Made by a program: the position numbers and the translations under genes
Notes under the pieces: generated by a model
What the model saw: only the letters and a program-made list of their open reading frames with translations
Database searches by the model: none
What the model was told of the DNA's origin: nothing
Shown: one piece after another, positions 56,551 to 64,000 of the stretch
Position numbering within the stretch: the first letter of the stretch is position 1
Layout of the letters: each line of letters begins with the position of its first letter
NCBI GenBank assembly: GCA_964611335.1
Contig: CAZSXR010000003.1
Span: 461,265 to 525,264 of the forward strand
Origin: an uncultured Pseudobdellovibrionaceae bacterium
Lineage (GTDB): Bacteria; Bdellovibrionota_B; Oligoflexia; Oligoflexales; Bog-1112
Length of the DNA: 64,000 bases
Direction of reading: 5' to 3'

Positions 56551-57609
56551 ATGAGAATTCTAGGTATGCTCTTAGTTATGGGAGTTTCTTACATCTCTTG
56601 TGGAAAAAGTTCTCAGAATACAACCCCTACAATTTCACTTCCCTTGGAATCTTCTTTGACACCTCGTGATATCCCCGTAAATGTCATACAAAACACGGGA
56701 AAGTTGAATCTGATTGATAAAAGTGGTTTGGGTTTAGTTGCTCCGGGAGGCGTGGGTGCGGATAGTTTTGTAATCAGTCTTGTGAATTGCAGTTCTGGTC
56801 TTACGGGAACAAACTCTTCTCAAAGTGTCTTGCATGTGTATTTGAATGATGCGAACTGTTTAGCGAAACTCAGCTCGTTTGTTTTGCATTCACAATCTTA
56901 TGTACCGACTGGAACAGGATCGAGTCCTTTCACAACATGGTTAGCAGGTGATACTGCGATTTTTAGGGGGGCAAGCAATACAGATCTTGTCAACGTGAAA
57001 GTTGTAAGTCAGTTGTCTTCTCCCATACAAATAAGTGACGTAGTAAGTTATGAATTCACAATTCTAACAGCAGGCACAAACAGTGCATCGATTTCTTTAG
57101 CAAGCAATCTCACCATTACTTCTGTGGGACAGGATGCTCCTAACTTTCAACTCAGTTCTGGAAATGCCTTTCTAAGTGGTATTGCGAGTTCAGGTGCAGG
57201 GATTTTTACTTTCAAACTGACTTGCGATTCAGGAACTATGAGTGTCGGGGCAAATCCGAGTTACAACTCTTTCTGTTCTACAACAACAGGATCGCCAAAC
57301 GGTGTAGATGTCGGTGTCGTCAACCAATTTAGTTACATACTCATTGCAGATCCTAACGGGAATGGAACCCTCACGCTTGCTCAAGCACAATCCGCTTTTG
57401 CAGGAGGAGGGGATACTACTGTGAATCTTGCAACCGATATACTCCCAGGATCTACAGGTTTTCAAACACAACCTCTTACAGGGCCAGGACCCCTGTCGAC
57501 GAACTTGAAATTGATTTTAATACTTCAATCCAAGAATCCTAACTTTCCAACGAATACAGCCTATTCTTCTTTCCAGTATTTTCCTATAACTCTTCCCTCT
57601 TCGAACTAA
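56551..57609 (+). CDS. Exported surface (lipo)protein, tandem paralogue 3
   Basis: RBS AGAGAGG. Signal MRILGMLLVMGVSYISC. The same conserved blocks are present. The central region is nearly identical to paralogue 1. Confidence 0.62.
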   Translation: MRILGMLLVMGVSYISCGKSSQNTTPTISLPLESSLTPRDIPVNVIQNTGKLNLIDKSGLGLVAPGGVGADSFVISLVNCSSGLTGTNSSQSVLHVYLNDANCLAKLSSFVLHSQSYVPTGTGSSPFTTWLAGDTAIFRGASNTDLVNVKVVSQLSSPIQISDVVSYEFTILTAGTNSASISLASNLTITSVGQDAPNFQLSSGNAFLSGIASSGAGIFTFKLTCDSGTMSVGANPSYNSFCSTTTGSPNGVDVGVVNQFSYILIADPNGNGTLTLAQAQSAFAGGGDTTVNLATDILPGSTGFQTQPLTGPGPLSTNLKLILILQSKNPNFPTNTAYSSFQYFPITLPSSN

Positions 57610-57618
57610 ATGAGTCCG

Positions 57619-58632
57619 TTAAGTCAAAGCTCTCACCAAATTGATATAGGTACACGTTACTATATCTTCTACAGTCGCTCCCCGTGAAAGATCACTGTAA
57701 GGTTTATTTAATCCTTGTAAGAGCGGTCCATAAGCTGCAAAAGAACCCAATCTCTGTGCAATTTTGTATGCAATATTTGCGGAATTTAAGTCAGGGAAAA
57801 TAAAAATATTTGCAGAACCAGCGACAGCGCTTCCAGGGGCCTTGCGTTTACCTACATCTCTGTCGAAAGCTGCGTCGAATTGCAACTCGCCATCTACAAT
57901 CCAGTTAGGATGCAAAGCTTTTACACGCTCTGCTGCTTCTGCCATTTTGATGCAAGACTTATGCTTCGCAGAACCTTTTGTAGAAAAGGAAAGAAAGGCC
58001 ATATGAGCTTCTTGCTTTGCTAGAAAGGGAATTGCATCCCATGTCTTTCTGGATTCGCAGGCGATGTCAACAAGCTCTTCCAAAGTAGGTTCTATGTTCA
58101 CTCCACAATCTGCGAAAAGAAAAATTTCTTCCTTACGTTGCATGATGAAAGAACCACTCACCGTACGAACCCCGTCTGCTTGTCCAATCATTCTCAGTGC
58201 AGCACGGATAACATGACTTGTTTCCGTGCAAGCTCCCGCTAATACACTATCCACCTTTCCCTGACTCAGTAAATAACCCGCTTTGTAGAGAGCAGATTCA
58301 GCAAGCTCTTTCAAAGCTGGTTCACTCACAGGTTTGTGCTTCATGCGTTCTCTTAAAAATTCTTCCAGATCCTTTGCAACTATGTCGTTATCTCCTTCAA
58401 GACTTCTTAAACACTCCGAATGTTTTCTCAAAAAATTCAAAGAGTGTTGTTTGGCTAAATCTAAAATCTTTTCTCGTGAATCAAAAATATAGATCTCAGA
58501 AACAATCTCATCTTTCAAAATTTGATTCATTGCTTGTAAAATTCTCAAGTCTGTGCTTTCAGGAAACGCAATCCTTGCATTCTTAGTTTTGATTGATTTT
58601 TTAAGATCTTGCAAAAATATACCCATCGGCAT
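57619..58632 (-). CDS. pta: Phosphate acetyltransferase
   Basis: ARIAFPESTD, LAGACTETSHVIRAAL, FADCGVNIEPT, LSFSTKGSAKH, IFIFPDLNSANIAYKIAQRL, GPLLQGLNKPYSDLSRG. Confidence 0.9.
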   Translation of the reverse strand: MPMGIFLQDLKKSIKTKNARIAFPESTDLRILQAMNQILKDEIVSEIYIFDSREKILDLAKQHSLNFLRKHSECLRSLEGDNDIVAKDLEEFLRERMKHKPVSEPALKELAESALYKAGYLLSQGKVDSVLAGACTETSHVIRAALRMIGQADGVRTVSGSFIMQRKEEIFLFADCGVNIEPTLEELVDIACESRKTWDAIPFLAKQEAHMAFLSFSTKGSAKHKSCIKMAEAAERVKALHPNWIVDGELQFDAAFDRDVGKRKAPGSAVAGSANIFIFPDLNSANIAYKIAQRLGSFAAYGPLLQGLNKPYSDLSRGATVEDIVTCTYINLVRALT

Positions 58633-58857
58633 TCTTCCTTTAAATTTGTGAAGGGAAAAGGAGCTGTCTATTCTTTAATCAAACAGGAGACTCTCCTTAA
58701 CACCAAGACTTTCGGAGGGTCATCCACCGACTTATCCACAGGCCCTGTGGATGACTTTAATATTCAGCACTTAGAGCGCACACAACGGCTAAGTCTGAAA
58801 ATAAAAACTTTTTTATAAAAAGGCGTAAATATTCCCAGAGTATAGCCGATAGACTCT

Positions 58858-60621
58858 TTGCTTGAACTTTACTCAAGAGCAGTATCGCGTATGATTTATA
58901 TTTTTGGTGAGAAAAATACGCTACTTCAAAAACTTCATGAGGACTTTAAAAGAACTCATCAAGTCTCAAGTGAGTTTATCAAAAGCAATCATCTCGAAAT
59001 CTTAGAGCAGATTTACAACACCAAAAGAGAAAGCAGCATTCAAGCGGTTCTTGCGGAAAGTTCTCTGAAGGGCGTGAATGATCAGATGTGGATAGATCTT
59101 TTAGAAGGTCTTGCGCGTCGCTTTCCTGTTCTTGTGCTGAGTGACGCTCTTCAAGACATGGGAACACAGCTTGAACCGACAAATGCTCTCACGTGGCTTC
59201 ATAAAGCGACAGAAACAGAAGTTTTGAACTTTCTCCGTTCTTGTGGAGCGTTGAGCGCTGAAAGAAGCAGTGTTTACAAAAACACGACGATCCCTGTTTA
59301 TAGTAGTTTGCTATCTACACGTTTGCTGAGAGTGAATGGTTTTCTCAGTATCATCAGTATACATGCAGCAGATTTCAGTAAAGTCTCCCTCGAATATGGA
59401 AGTGCGGTTTATCACCAACTTCAGGTTGCATTGCAAAAAATACTTTACGAGATGTGGGGAACTTCGGGAGCTTTTAGAAAAACAGATATTCTATGCAGAA
59501 GATCGATTACCAGTAATACGTTTTACATTTTACTCGAACGTTCACGTTCAGAAAATTATATGCCCATACCAGGAGATCTTGAAAGGCTTGCAGAACGTCT
59601 TTCAATCAAATTAGAAAATCTCATGTGGGAAGAACTCAATTCTGCATCGAACGAACGCATACTTCCGAAATTTTTAGAACTTGTTCCACGGTTTATAGTC
59701 GGATATGCATCTGCGTTGTTCAATCCTTGTGTAGATACGTATACAACTGTGGATGAACTTTTACGTTCCTGCCGAGACACTGCTAAAATTCAAGATGCCC
59801 GCATGATCAATCGACAGAAAGAGCTCATACAAACTCTGATTCAATCTGAAAATCTTATGACAGCGCACTTTCAAGGAGTCGTGGACCTACGTTATTTTTC
59901 CTTGGAAGATTTGAAAGATTGGGATGAAAAACTTTCGTTTACTAAGCACCCTAAAGCAATCTATGCTTTTGAATCTCTTGTTCGTATCAATAAGAACGAC
60001 CTGCAAAAATTGGTCGGTGAAGATATGAGTATGAACGTGGATTATCTGAATCCTGGGGTGCTTTTCGCTCGTGCGGAAGAAGTAAATTTGAAATTGGAAC
60101 TCGATCAGGCGTGCTTCAAACTTGCGATGCTGAGGTTTGCAAAATTACCTGGGAAGTTAATGGTCAACATTCTTCCTCGCAATTTTTATTTTATTGATGA
60201 CTTGAGATCTTCGATTCCGAAAGGAGTAGAGGTGATTTTTGAAGTTTCCGAGACGGAAGCTATAAATAATATGAGTTTGATACAAAGTATTCGTGACAAG
60301 ATTTCAGAAAGTTCGTATGGGATTGCTATAGATGATTTTGGAAAAGGTTATGCAGGTGTGGATCGTATTATTAAAATTCAACCTACAATTATTAAGCTTG
60401 ATCAAATTCTCATCAATCAGATTGATAAAGATACGCGCATGCAATCTTTTATTCGTGGTTTGGTGGAAGCAGCACGGAGCACACAGTCATTAGTTCTTGC
60501 TGAAGGTGTAGAGACTAAGGAAGAGCTTCTTTGCCTTGCAGCTATGGGTATTGATCTCGTTCAAGGTTACTATGTTCACAGGCCTGAGCCTCGAGAAGTC
60601 ATAGAGAAAAAATTGAAATAA
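58858..60621 (+). CDS. EAL-domain c-di-GMP phosphodiesterase with a large N-terminal sensory / degenerate GGDEF-like region
   Basis: C-terminal EAL-domain motifs: FESLVRI (ESL variant), VNILPR, EVSE, IAIDDFGKGYAG, IKLDQ, LAEGVETKEE, QGYY. The start is uncertain (TTG 58858 or ATG 58891). Confidence 0.75.
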   Translation: MLELYSRAVSRMIYIFGEKNTLLQKLHEDFKRTHQVSSEFIKSNHLEILEQIYNTKRESSIQAVLAESSLKGVNDQMWIDLLEGLARRFPVLVLSDALQDMGTQLEPTNALTWLHKATETEVLNFLRSCGALSAERSSVYKNTTIPVYSSLLSTRLLRVNGFLSIISIHAADFSKVSLEYGSAVYHQLQVALQKILYEMWGTSGAFRKTDILCRRSITSNTFYILLERSRSENYMPIPGDLERLAERLSIKLENLMWEELNSASNERILPKFLELVPRFIVGYASALFNPCVDTYTTVDELLRSCRDTAKIQDARMINRQKELIQTLIQSENLMTAHFQGVVDLRYFSLEDLKDWDEKLSFTKHPKAIYAFESLVRINKNDLQKLVGEDMSMNVDYLNPGVLFARAEEVNLKLELDQACFKLAMLRFAKLPGKLMVNILPRNFYFIDDLRSSIPKGVEVIFEVSETEAINNMSLIQSIRDKISESSYGIAIDDFGKGYAGVDRIIKIQPTIIKLDQILINQIDKDTRMQSFIRGLVEAARSTQSLVLAEGVETKEELLCLAAMGIDLVQGYYVHRPEPREVIEKKLK

Positions 60622-60690
60622 AATTGAAACTTGTTGCTTAAAAACACTCCTGCTATGATGAAAGTCTACTTTCACAAAGGAGTGTGTTGA

Positions 60691-61443
60691 ATGTTAGTTT
60701 CTTCAAATCCAACTTTTGGTCGAGATGTCTTTGCAAGTACTCGTGAATTTGGTTCAGAAACCATGACGGTGAGTGGAACTGTCAATAAATGTTTTTTCCT
60801 TTTAGCTCTTGTCTTTGCTTCCGCAGTCTGGTCTTGGCAAGAAACTTCGAAGCAAATTTTAGGCCTTGAGGGAGGATCTTTTCCAACTCTTGTTATGGTG
60901 GGAGCCATTGTCGGTTTTGTTCTTGGTTTGGTGACAGTCTTTTTTAAGAAAGCTTCTCCTTATACCTCACCAGCTTATGCCCTTGCAGAAGGTGTTGTAT
61001 TGGGAGCGATCTCTGCTGTGATGGAGCAGCGCTACGGTGGTATCGTATTTCAAGCGGTACTAGGCACTTTTGGCACCTTTTTCTTCATGCTTTTTCTCTA
61101 CAGAAGCAAGATGGTCCAAGCTACAGACTCTTTCAAAAGAGGAATGGGTGCAGCCCTTGCAGGAGTTTGTTTTATCTATCTTATTAGCTTTATTATGGGA
61201 CTTTTTGGAAAACATATACCGTATATCCATGAGAGTGGTCCCATTGGTATCGCGTTCAGTTGTATTGTGGTAGGTCTTGCCGCTTTTAGTTTCATTTTGG
61301 ATTTTGATAATATCGAGTCAGGGGAAAGGCTTCGTGCTCCGAAATATATGGAATGGTATGGAGCCTTCGGTCTGCTTGTAACCCTTGTATGGTTGTATAT
61401 CGAAGTTCTTCGATTGCTATCCAAATTTAGAGAACGACGTTAG
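60691..61443 (+). CDS. Bax inhibitor-1-like (COG4760-type) membrane protein
   Basis: N-terminal SSNPTFGR...MTVSGTVNK followed by 7 TM helices, as I recall for this family. Confidence 0.55.
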   Translation: MLVSSNPTFGRDVFASTREFGSETMTVSGTVNKCFFLLALVFASAVWSWQETSKQILGLEGGSFPTLVMVGAIVGFVLGLVTVFFKKASPYTSPAYALAEGVVLGAISAVMEQRYGGIVFQAVLGTFGTFFFMLFLYRSKMVQATDSFKRGMGAALAGVCFIYLISFIMGLFGKHIPYIHESGPIGIAFSCIVVGLAAFSFILDFDNIESGERLRAPKYMEWYGAFGLLVTLVWLYIEVLRLLSKFRERR

Positions 61444-61476
61444 GAAGGGAACTGTCTTTACGTTACCCTTCTATTT
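61444..61476 (+). terminator. Probable intrinsic terminator
   Basis: GAAGGGAAC (61444-61452) pairs with GTTACCCTTC (61462-61471) with one bulge, followed by TATTT. Confidence 0.45.
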
Positions 61477-61493
61477 CAAAGGAGAAGTGTAGC

Positions 61494-62453
61494 GTGAAGA
61501 TTTTCTTTCGTATTGTGAAAATACTCATAATCCTGTTTTTTTCCTTACTTCTTATCGGCTTTCTTTTCTTCGAATATGAATTTCCACGTGTGGGTCCTCC
61601 ACAAGAACTTTCCGTTAGTGTCACTCCAGAAAGGATGAAGAGGGGAAAGTATTTGGTGGAACATGTCACCGTGTGTCTATCCTGTCATTCCACAAGAGAC
61701 TGGAGCCATTTTGAAGGGCCTATACAAGCAGGTACAGAAGGAATGGGCGGTGAAGTTTTTGATGAATCTCTAGGTATCCCAGGAACTCTGTATGCGTCGA
61801 ATATTACACCTGCTGCTATTGGAAAATGGACAGATGGGGATTTGCTCCGAACCTTTACAGAAGGTGTAAATCCGAAGGGTAAGGCTTTGTTCCCTCTTAT
61901 GCCTTACAAAAATTATGCACATCTGAGTTGGGATGATGCCCAATCCATTCTTGTGTACATTCGTACTTTGAAATCGAAAGAGCATGAAGTCCCTCCAAGC
62001 TCTTTAAAATTTCCAATGAACTTTATTGTGAAAACTATTCCTACTCCTGCTCAGTTTTCGGACATACCAGAAAACACTGTGGAATATGGTCGTTACTTAG
62101 CAAACATTGCTTCTTGTGGAGACTGTCATACGCAAAGAGATCGCGGTCAACCTATAGCAGGAATGAATTTCGCAGGAGGTTTTGTCTTTTCTTTTCCAAA
62201 AAACATAACACGCTCCGCAAATATTACACCCGATAACGAAACGGGAATTGGTTTATGGAAAAAGGAAGACTTTATTGCACGATTCAAAACATATAAGACC
62301 CACAGTGTGGGAAACTCTGATTTTAAAACAAGAATGCCTTGGGATGAATATAGTGGTATGACTGAAAATGACCTTGGTGCTATCTATGACTATCTCAGAA
62401 CCCTCAAACCTATCCAGAACAAAGTAGAACACTTCACAGCGACTGCAAATTGA
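61494..62453 (+). CDS. Membrane-anchored dihaem c-type cytochrome
   Basis: GTG start after AAAGGAGAAG. N-terminal TM anchor. Two CxxCH motifs (CLSCH, CGDCH). Confidence 0.75.
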   Translation: MKIFFRIVKILIILFFSLLLIGFLFFEYEFPRVGPPQELSVSVTPERMKRGKYLVEHVTVCLSCHSTRDWSHFEGPIQAGTEGMGGEVFDESLGIPGTLYASNITPAAIGKWTDGDLLRTFTEGVNPKGKALFPLMPYKNYAHLSWDDAQSILVYIRTLKSKEHEVPPSSLKFPMNFIVKTIPTPAQFSDIPENTVEYGRYLANIASCGDCHTQRDRGQPIAGMNFAGGFVFSFPKNITRSANITPDNETGIGLWKKEDFIARFKTYKTHSVGNSDFKTRMPWDEYSGMTENDLGAIYDYLRTLKPIQNKVEHFTATAN

Positions 62454-62494
62454 GTTATCAATGGTATTCCCATTAAAACTCAATCAGGATTTTT

Positions 62495-63127
62495 ATGAAA
62501 AAACTTATTAAAGGTATCGTTGAATTCCGTAAAAATGTTCAGCAGGACTATCGAGAAGCCTTTGGTCGTTTGGCCTTAGGTCAATCCCCCGATGCTTTGT
62601 TTATAGCCTGTTCTGACAGTCGTGTTGTACCCAATACCTTTGCTTCTACAAATCCAGGGGATCTTTTTGTTGTTCGAAATGTGGGCAATCTGATTCCCTC
62701 TCCTTCGGAAGAAATAGAAAATTCAGAGTCGGTTGCCTTGGAATTTTCTCTCCTTACATTAAAAGTCTCAGATGTCATCGTATGTGGTCACTCTGAATGT
62801 GGAGCTATGCAAGCTCTTCTAAAAGATGCTCCTGATACGAAGATGAAACATCTTCAAAATTGGCTTCGTCATGCAAAAGAAGCTCTACAAAAATTAAACT
62901 CAGGTTTTGTTCTTGATTCCAGTTTAAGTAAGCACAATCAACTTTCTCAAATCAATGTTCTCGTACAAATGGAACACATAAATTCTTATCCCATAGTTCA
63001 AAAGCGCATTCAGGAAGGATCTCTCGCAGTTCATGGTTGGTGGTTCGATCTTGCTAACGCAGATGTTTATGCTTACGATTCTTCTTTGAAACGTTTTGCT
63101 TTAATTGAAGATAAAGAATCCTCTTAA
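62495..63127 (+). CDS. Beta-class carbonic anhydrase
   Basis: CSDSRV, VVRNVGN, and VCGHSECGAM (zinc ligands Cys/His/Cys). Confidence 0.88.
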   Translation: MKKLIKGIVEFRKNVQQDYREAFGRLALGQSPDALFIACSDSRVVPNTFASTNPGDLFVVRNVGNLIPSPSEEIENSESVALEFSLLTLKVSDVIVCGHSECGAMQALLKDAPDTKMKHLQNWLRHAKEALQKLNSGFVLDSSLSKHNQLSQINVLVQMEHINSYPIVQKRIQEGSLAVHGWWFDLANADVYAYDSSLKRFALIEDKESS

Positions 63128-63142
63128 GCTAGGAGAAAATCT

Positions 63143-63595
63143 ATGTTGAAAATTGGAGATAAGGCACCTGATCTGGAACTTAAAGATCAAACGGGTACAA
63201 CACGGAAACTTTTCGACATCAAAGGTGATCTGTATTGCATCCTCTACTTCTATCCTAAAGACGACACACCCGGTTGTACCGCGGAGTCCTGTTCCTTCCG
63301 TGATAATTTTGAAGATCTTAAAAAACACAACGCCTGTATTGTGGGTGTAAGTTCTGATTCCGCTGAGTCGCATGAAAAATTCGCTAAGAAATACAAACTT
63401 CCTTTCACATTGCTCAGCGATCCTCATGGCCATGCTAGAAAGCTTTACGATGTCAAGCATGCCATCGGTATAGTTCCCGCACGCGCGACCTTCGTCATTG
63501 ATCGGCAAGGAAAAATTATCCATGCATTTTCCTCCCAAACGAATGTGAAAAAACATGTAGACGACGCCATCAAGGTTATCAAATCGCAGGAGTGA
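63143..63595 (+). CDS. bcp: Thiol peroxidase Bcp (peroxiredoxin)
   Basis: RBS AGGAGA. YFYPKDDTPGCTAESCSFRD contains the peroxidatic and resolving Cys in the Bcp pattern. Confidence 0.9.
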   Translation: MLKIGDKAPDLELKDQTGTTRKLFDIKGDLYCILYFYPKDDTPGCTAESCSFRDNFEDLKKHNACIVGVSSDSAESHEKFAKKYKLPFTLLSDPHGHARKLYDVKHAIGIVPARATFVIDRQGKIIHAFSSQTNVKKHVDDAIKVIKSQE

Positions 63596-63740
63596 ATTTT
63601 TTTTACTGCTTTTTTAATTCGCACTTATCGCTTCATAAGCCTCTTAACACTTTCTAATCTTTCTCTTGACGCTCAGTTTTACAAGTTATAGTTCTCTCAC
63701 AGCGTTTTTGTTCGAATCAATTCCATTGAAAGGAAAAACA

Positions 63741-64000
63741 ATGAAACGTTTAGTTTGTACAGGTTTATTGACGTCTATCGTATTGGCTGTATCTTGTGGT
63801 GTCGAGAAAAAAGACAAAAAGAAAGTGCAAGTAAAAGAAGACAGCCAGTTTTGTTCGCAAGAACTTGTAGCTTCTAAAAAATCCATCGAAGAAGCTTTCG
63901 CGAAATTTGAAAAAGCTACAGACGAAGAGAAAGCAAAGCAAAAACCGGATCTACAAGCAGACATCAAGAAATTCTCTGAATCTTACAAAGAAATAGTTTG
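63741..64000 (+). CDS. Lipoprotein, 5' partial (runs off the window)
   Basis: ATG 63741 after AAAGGAAAA. MKRLVCTGLLTSIVLAVSCGVEKKD has a classic lipobox, LAVSC. The frame stays open to the window end. The listed minus-strand ORF 63686-63967 is its antisense shadow. Confidence 0.5.
   Translation, partial: MKRLVCTGLLTSIVLAVSCGVEKKDKKKVQVKEDSQFCSQELVASKKSIEEAFAKFEKATDEEKAKQKPDLQADIKKFSESYKEIV

Noticed and set aside
58700-58830. A chromosomal replication origin (oriC), suggested by DnaA boxes plus an AT-rich tract
   Set aside because: There are only three boxes in about 40 bp, no dnaA/dnaN/gidA-type neighbours, and the region is only about 225 bp. It is kept as a DnaA-box/operator finding rather than an oriC call.
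63686-63967. 93-aa minus-strand ORF from the track
   Set aside because: It is antisense to a better plus-strand ORF starting at 63741, which has an RBS and a textbook lipoprotein signal (LAVSC).
1-64000. A search by eye for rRNA, tRNA, tmRNA/SRP/RNase P, transposases, integrases, phage genes and toxin-antitoxin pairs
   Set aside because: None was recognised. The intergenic gaps are short (mostly under 230 bp). No cloverleaf-like or conserved ncRNA sequences stood out. A covariance-model scan (tRNAscan-SE, Infernal/Rfam) would be needed to exclude small RNAs.

Overview
This is a gene-dense 64 kb chromosomal window from a low-GC (about 40% by eye) Gram-negative bacterium. Housekeeping genes (rpsA, rsmB, parE/parC, pilT/pilU, glyQS, ubiX, proline dehydrogenase, pta, beta-carbonic anhydrase, bcp) are interleaved with many exported, lipoprotein and membrane genes. 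The gene content fits a Bdellovibrionota/Oligoflexia-like organism, but that is inference only. I saw no rRNA, tRNA, CRISPR array, transposase or integrase. Headline: at 35.35-39.28 kb there is an apparently co-directional cluster that looks like a new RiPP system. It holds an ABC exporter, then two tandem small genes missing from the ORF track (45 and 49 aa), then a DUF692 (MbnB-like, multinuclear non-heme iron oxidase, MNIO) gene translationally coupled to a DUF2063-like partner. The two small genes share an identical 18-aa leader, followed by 5 or 8 Cys-Gly-x-Arg units encoded by a 12-nt tandem repeat. Converging on this cluster is a five-gene operon: MoxR-like AAA+ ATPase, transglutaminase-vWA giant protein, two RCC1-like propeller paralogues, and an ABC1/UbiB kinase. 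Every product of that operon carries an N-terminal export-type signal. Further downstream, a Calx-beta/LamG giant protein is followed by three tandem paralogous surface (lipo)proteins. These share an N-terminal Cys-containing module and a conserved upstream CCGxTAAG motif that resembles a sigma-28 -10 element. All family calls come from motifs read by eye. Start codons are best guesses, and no profile or database search was run.
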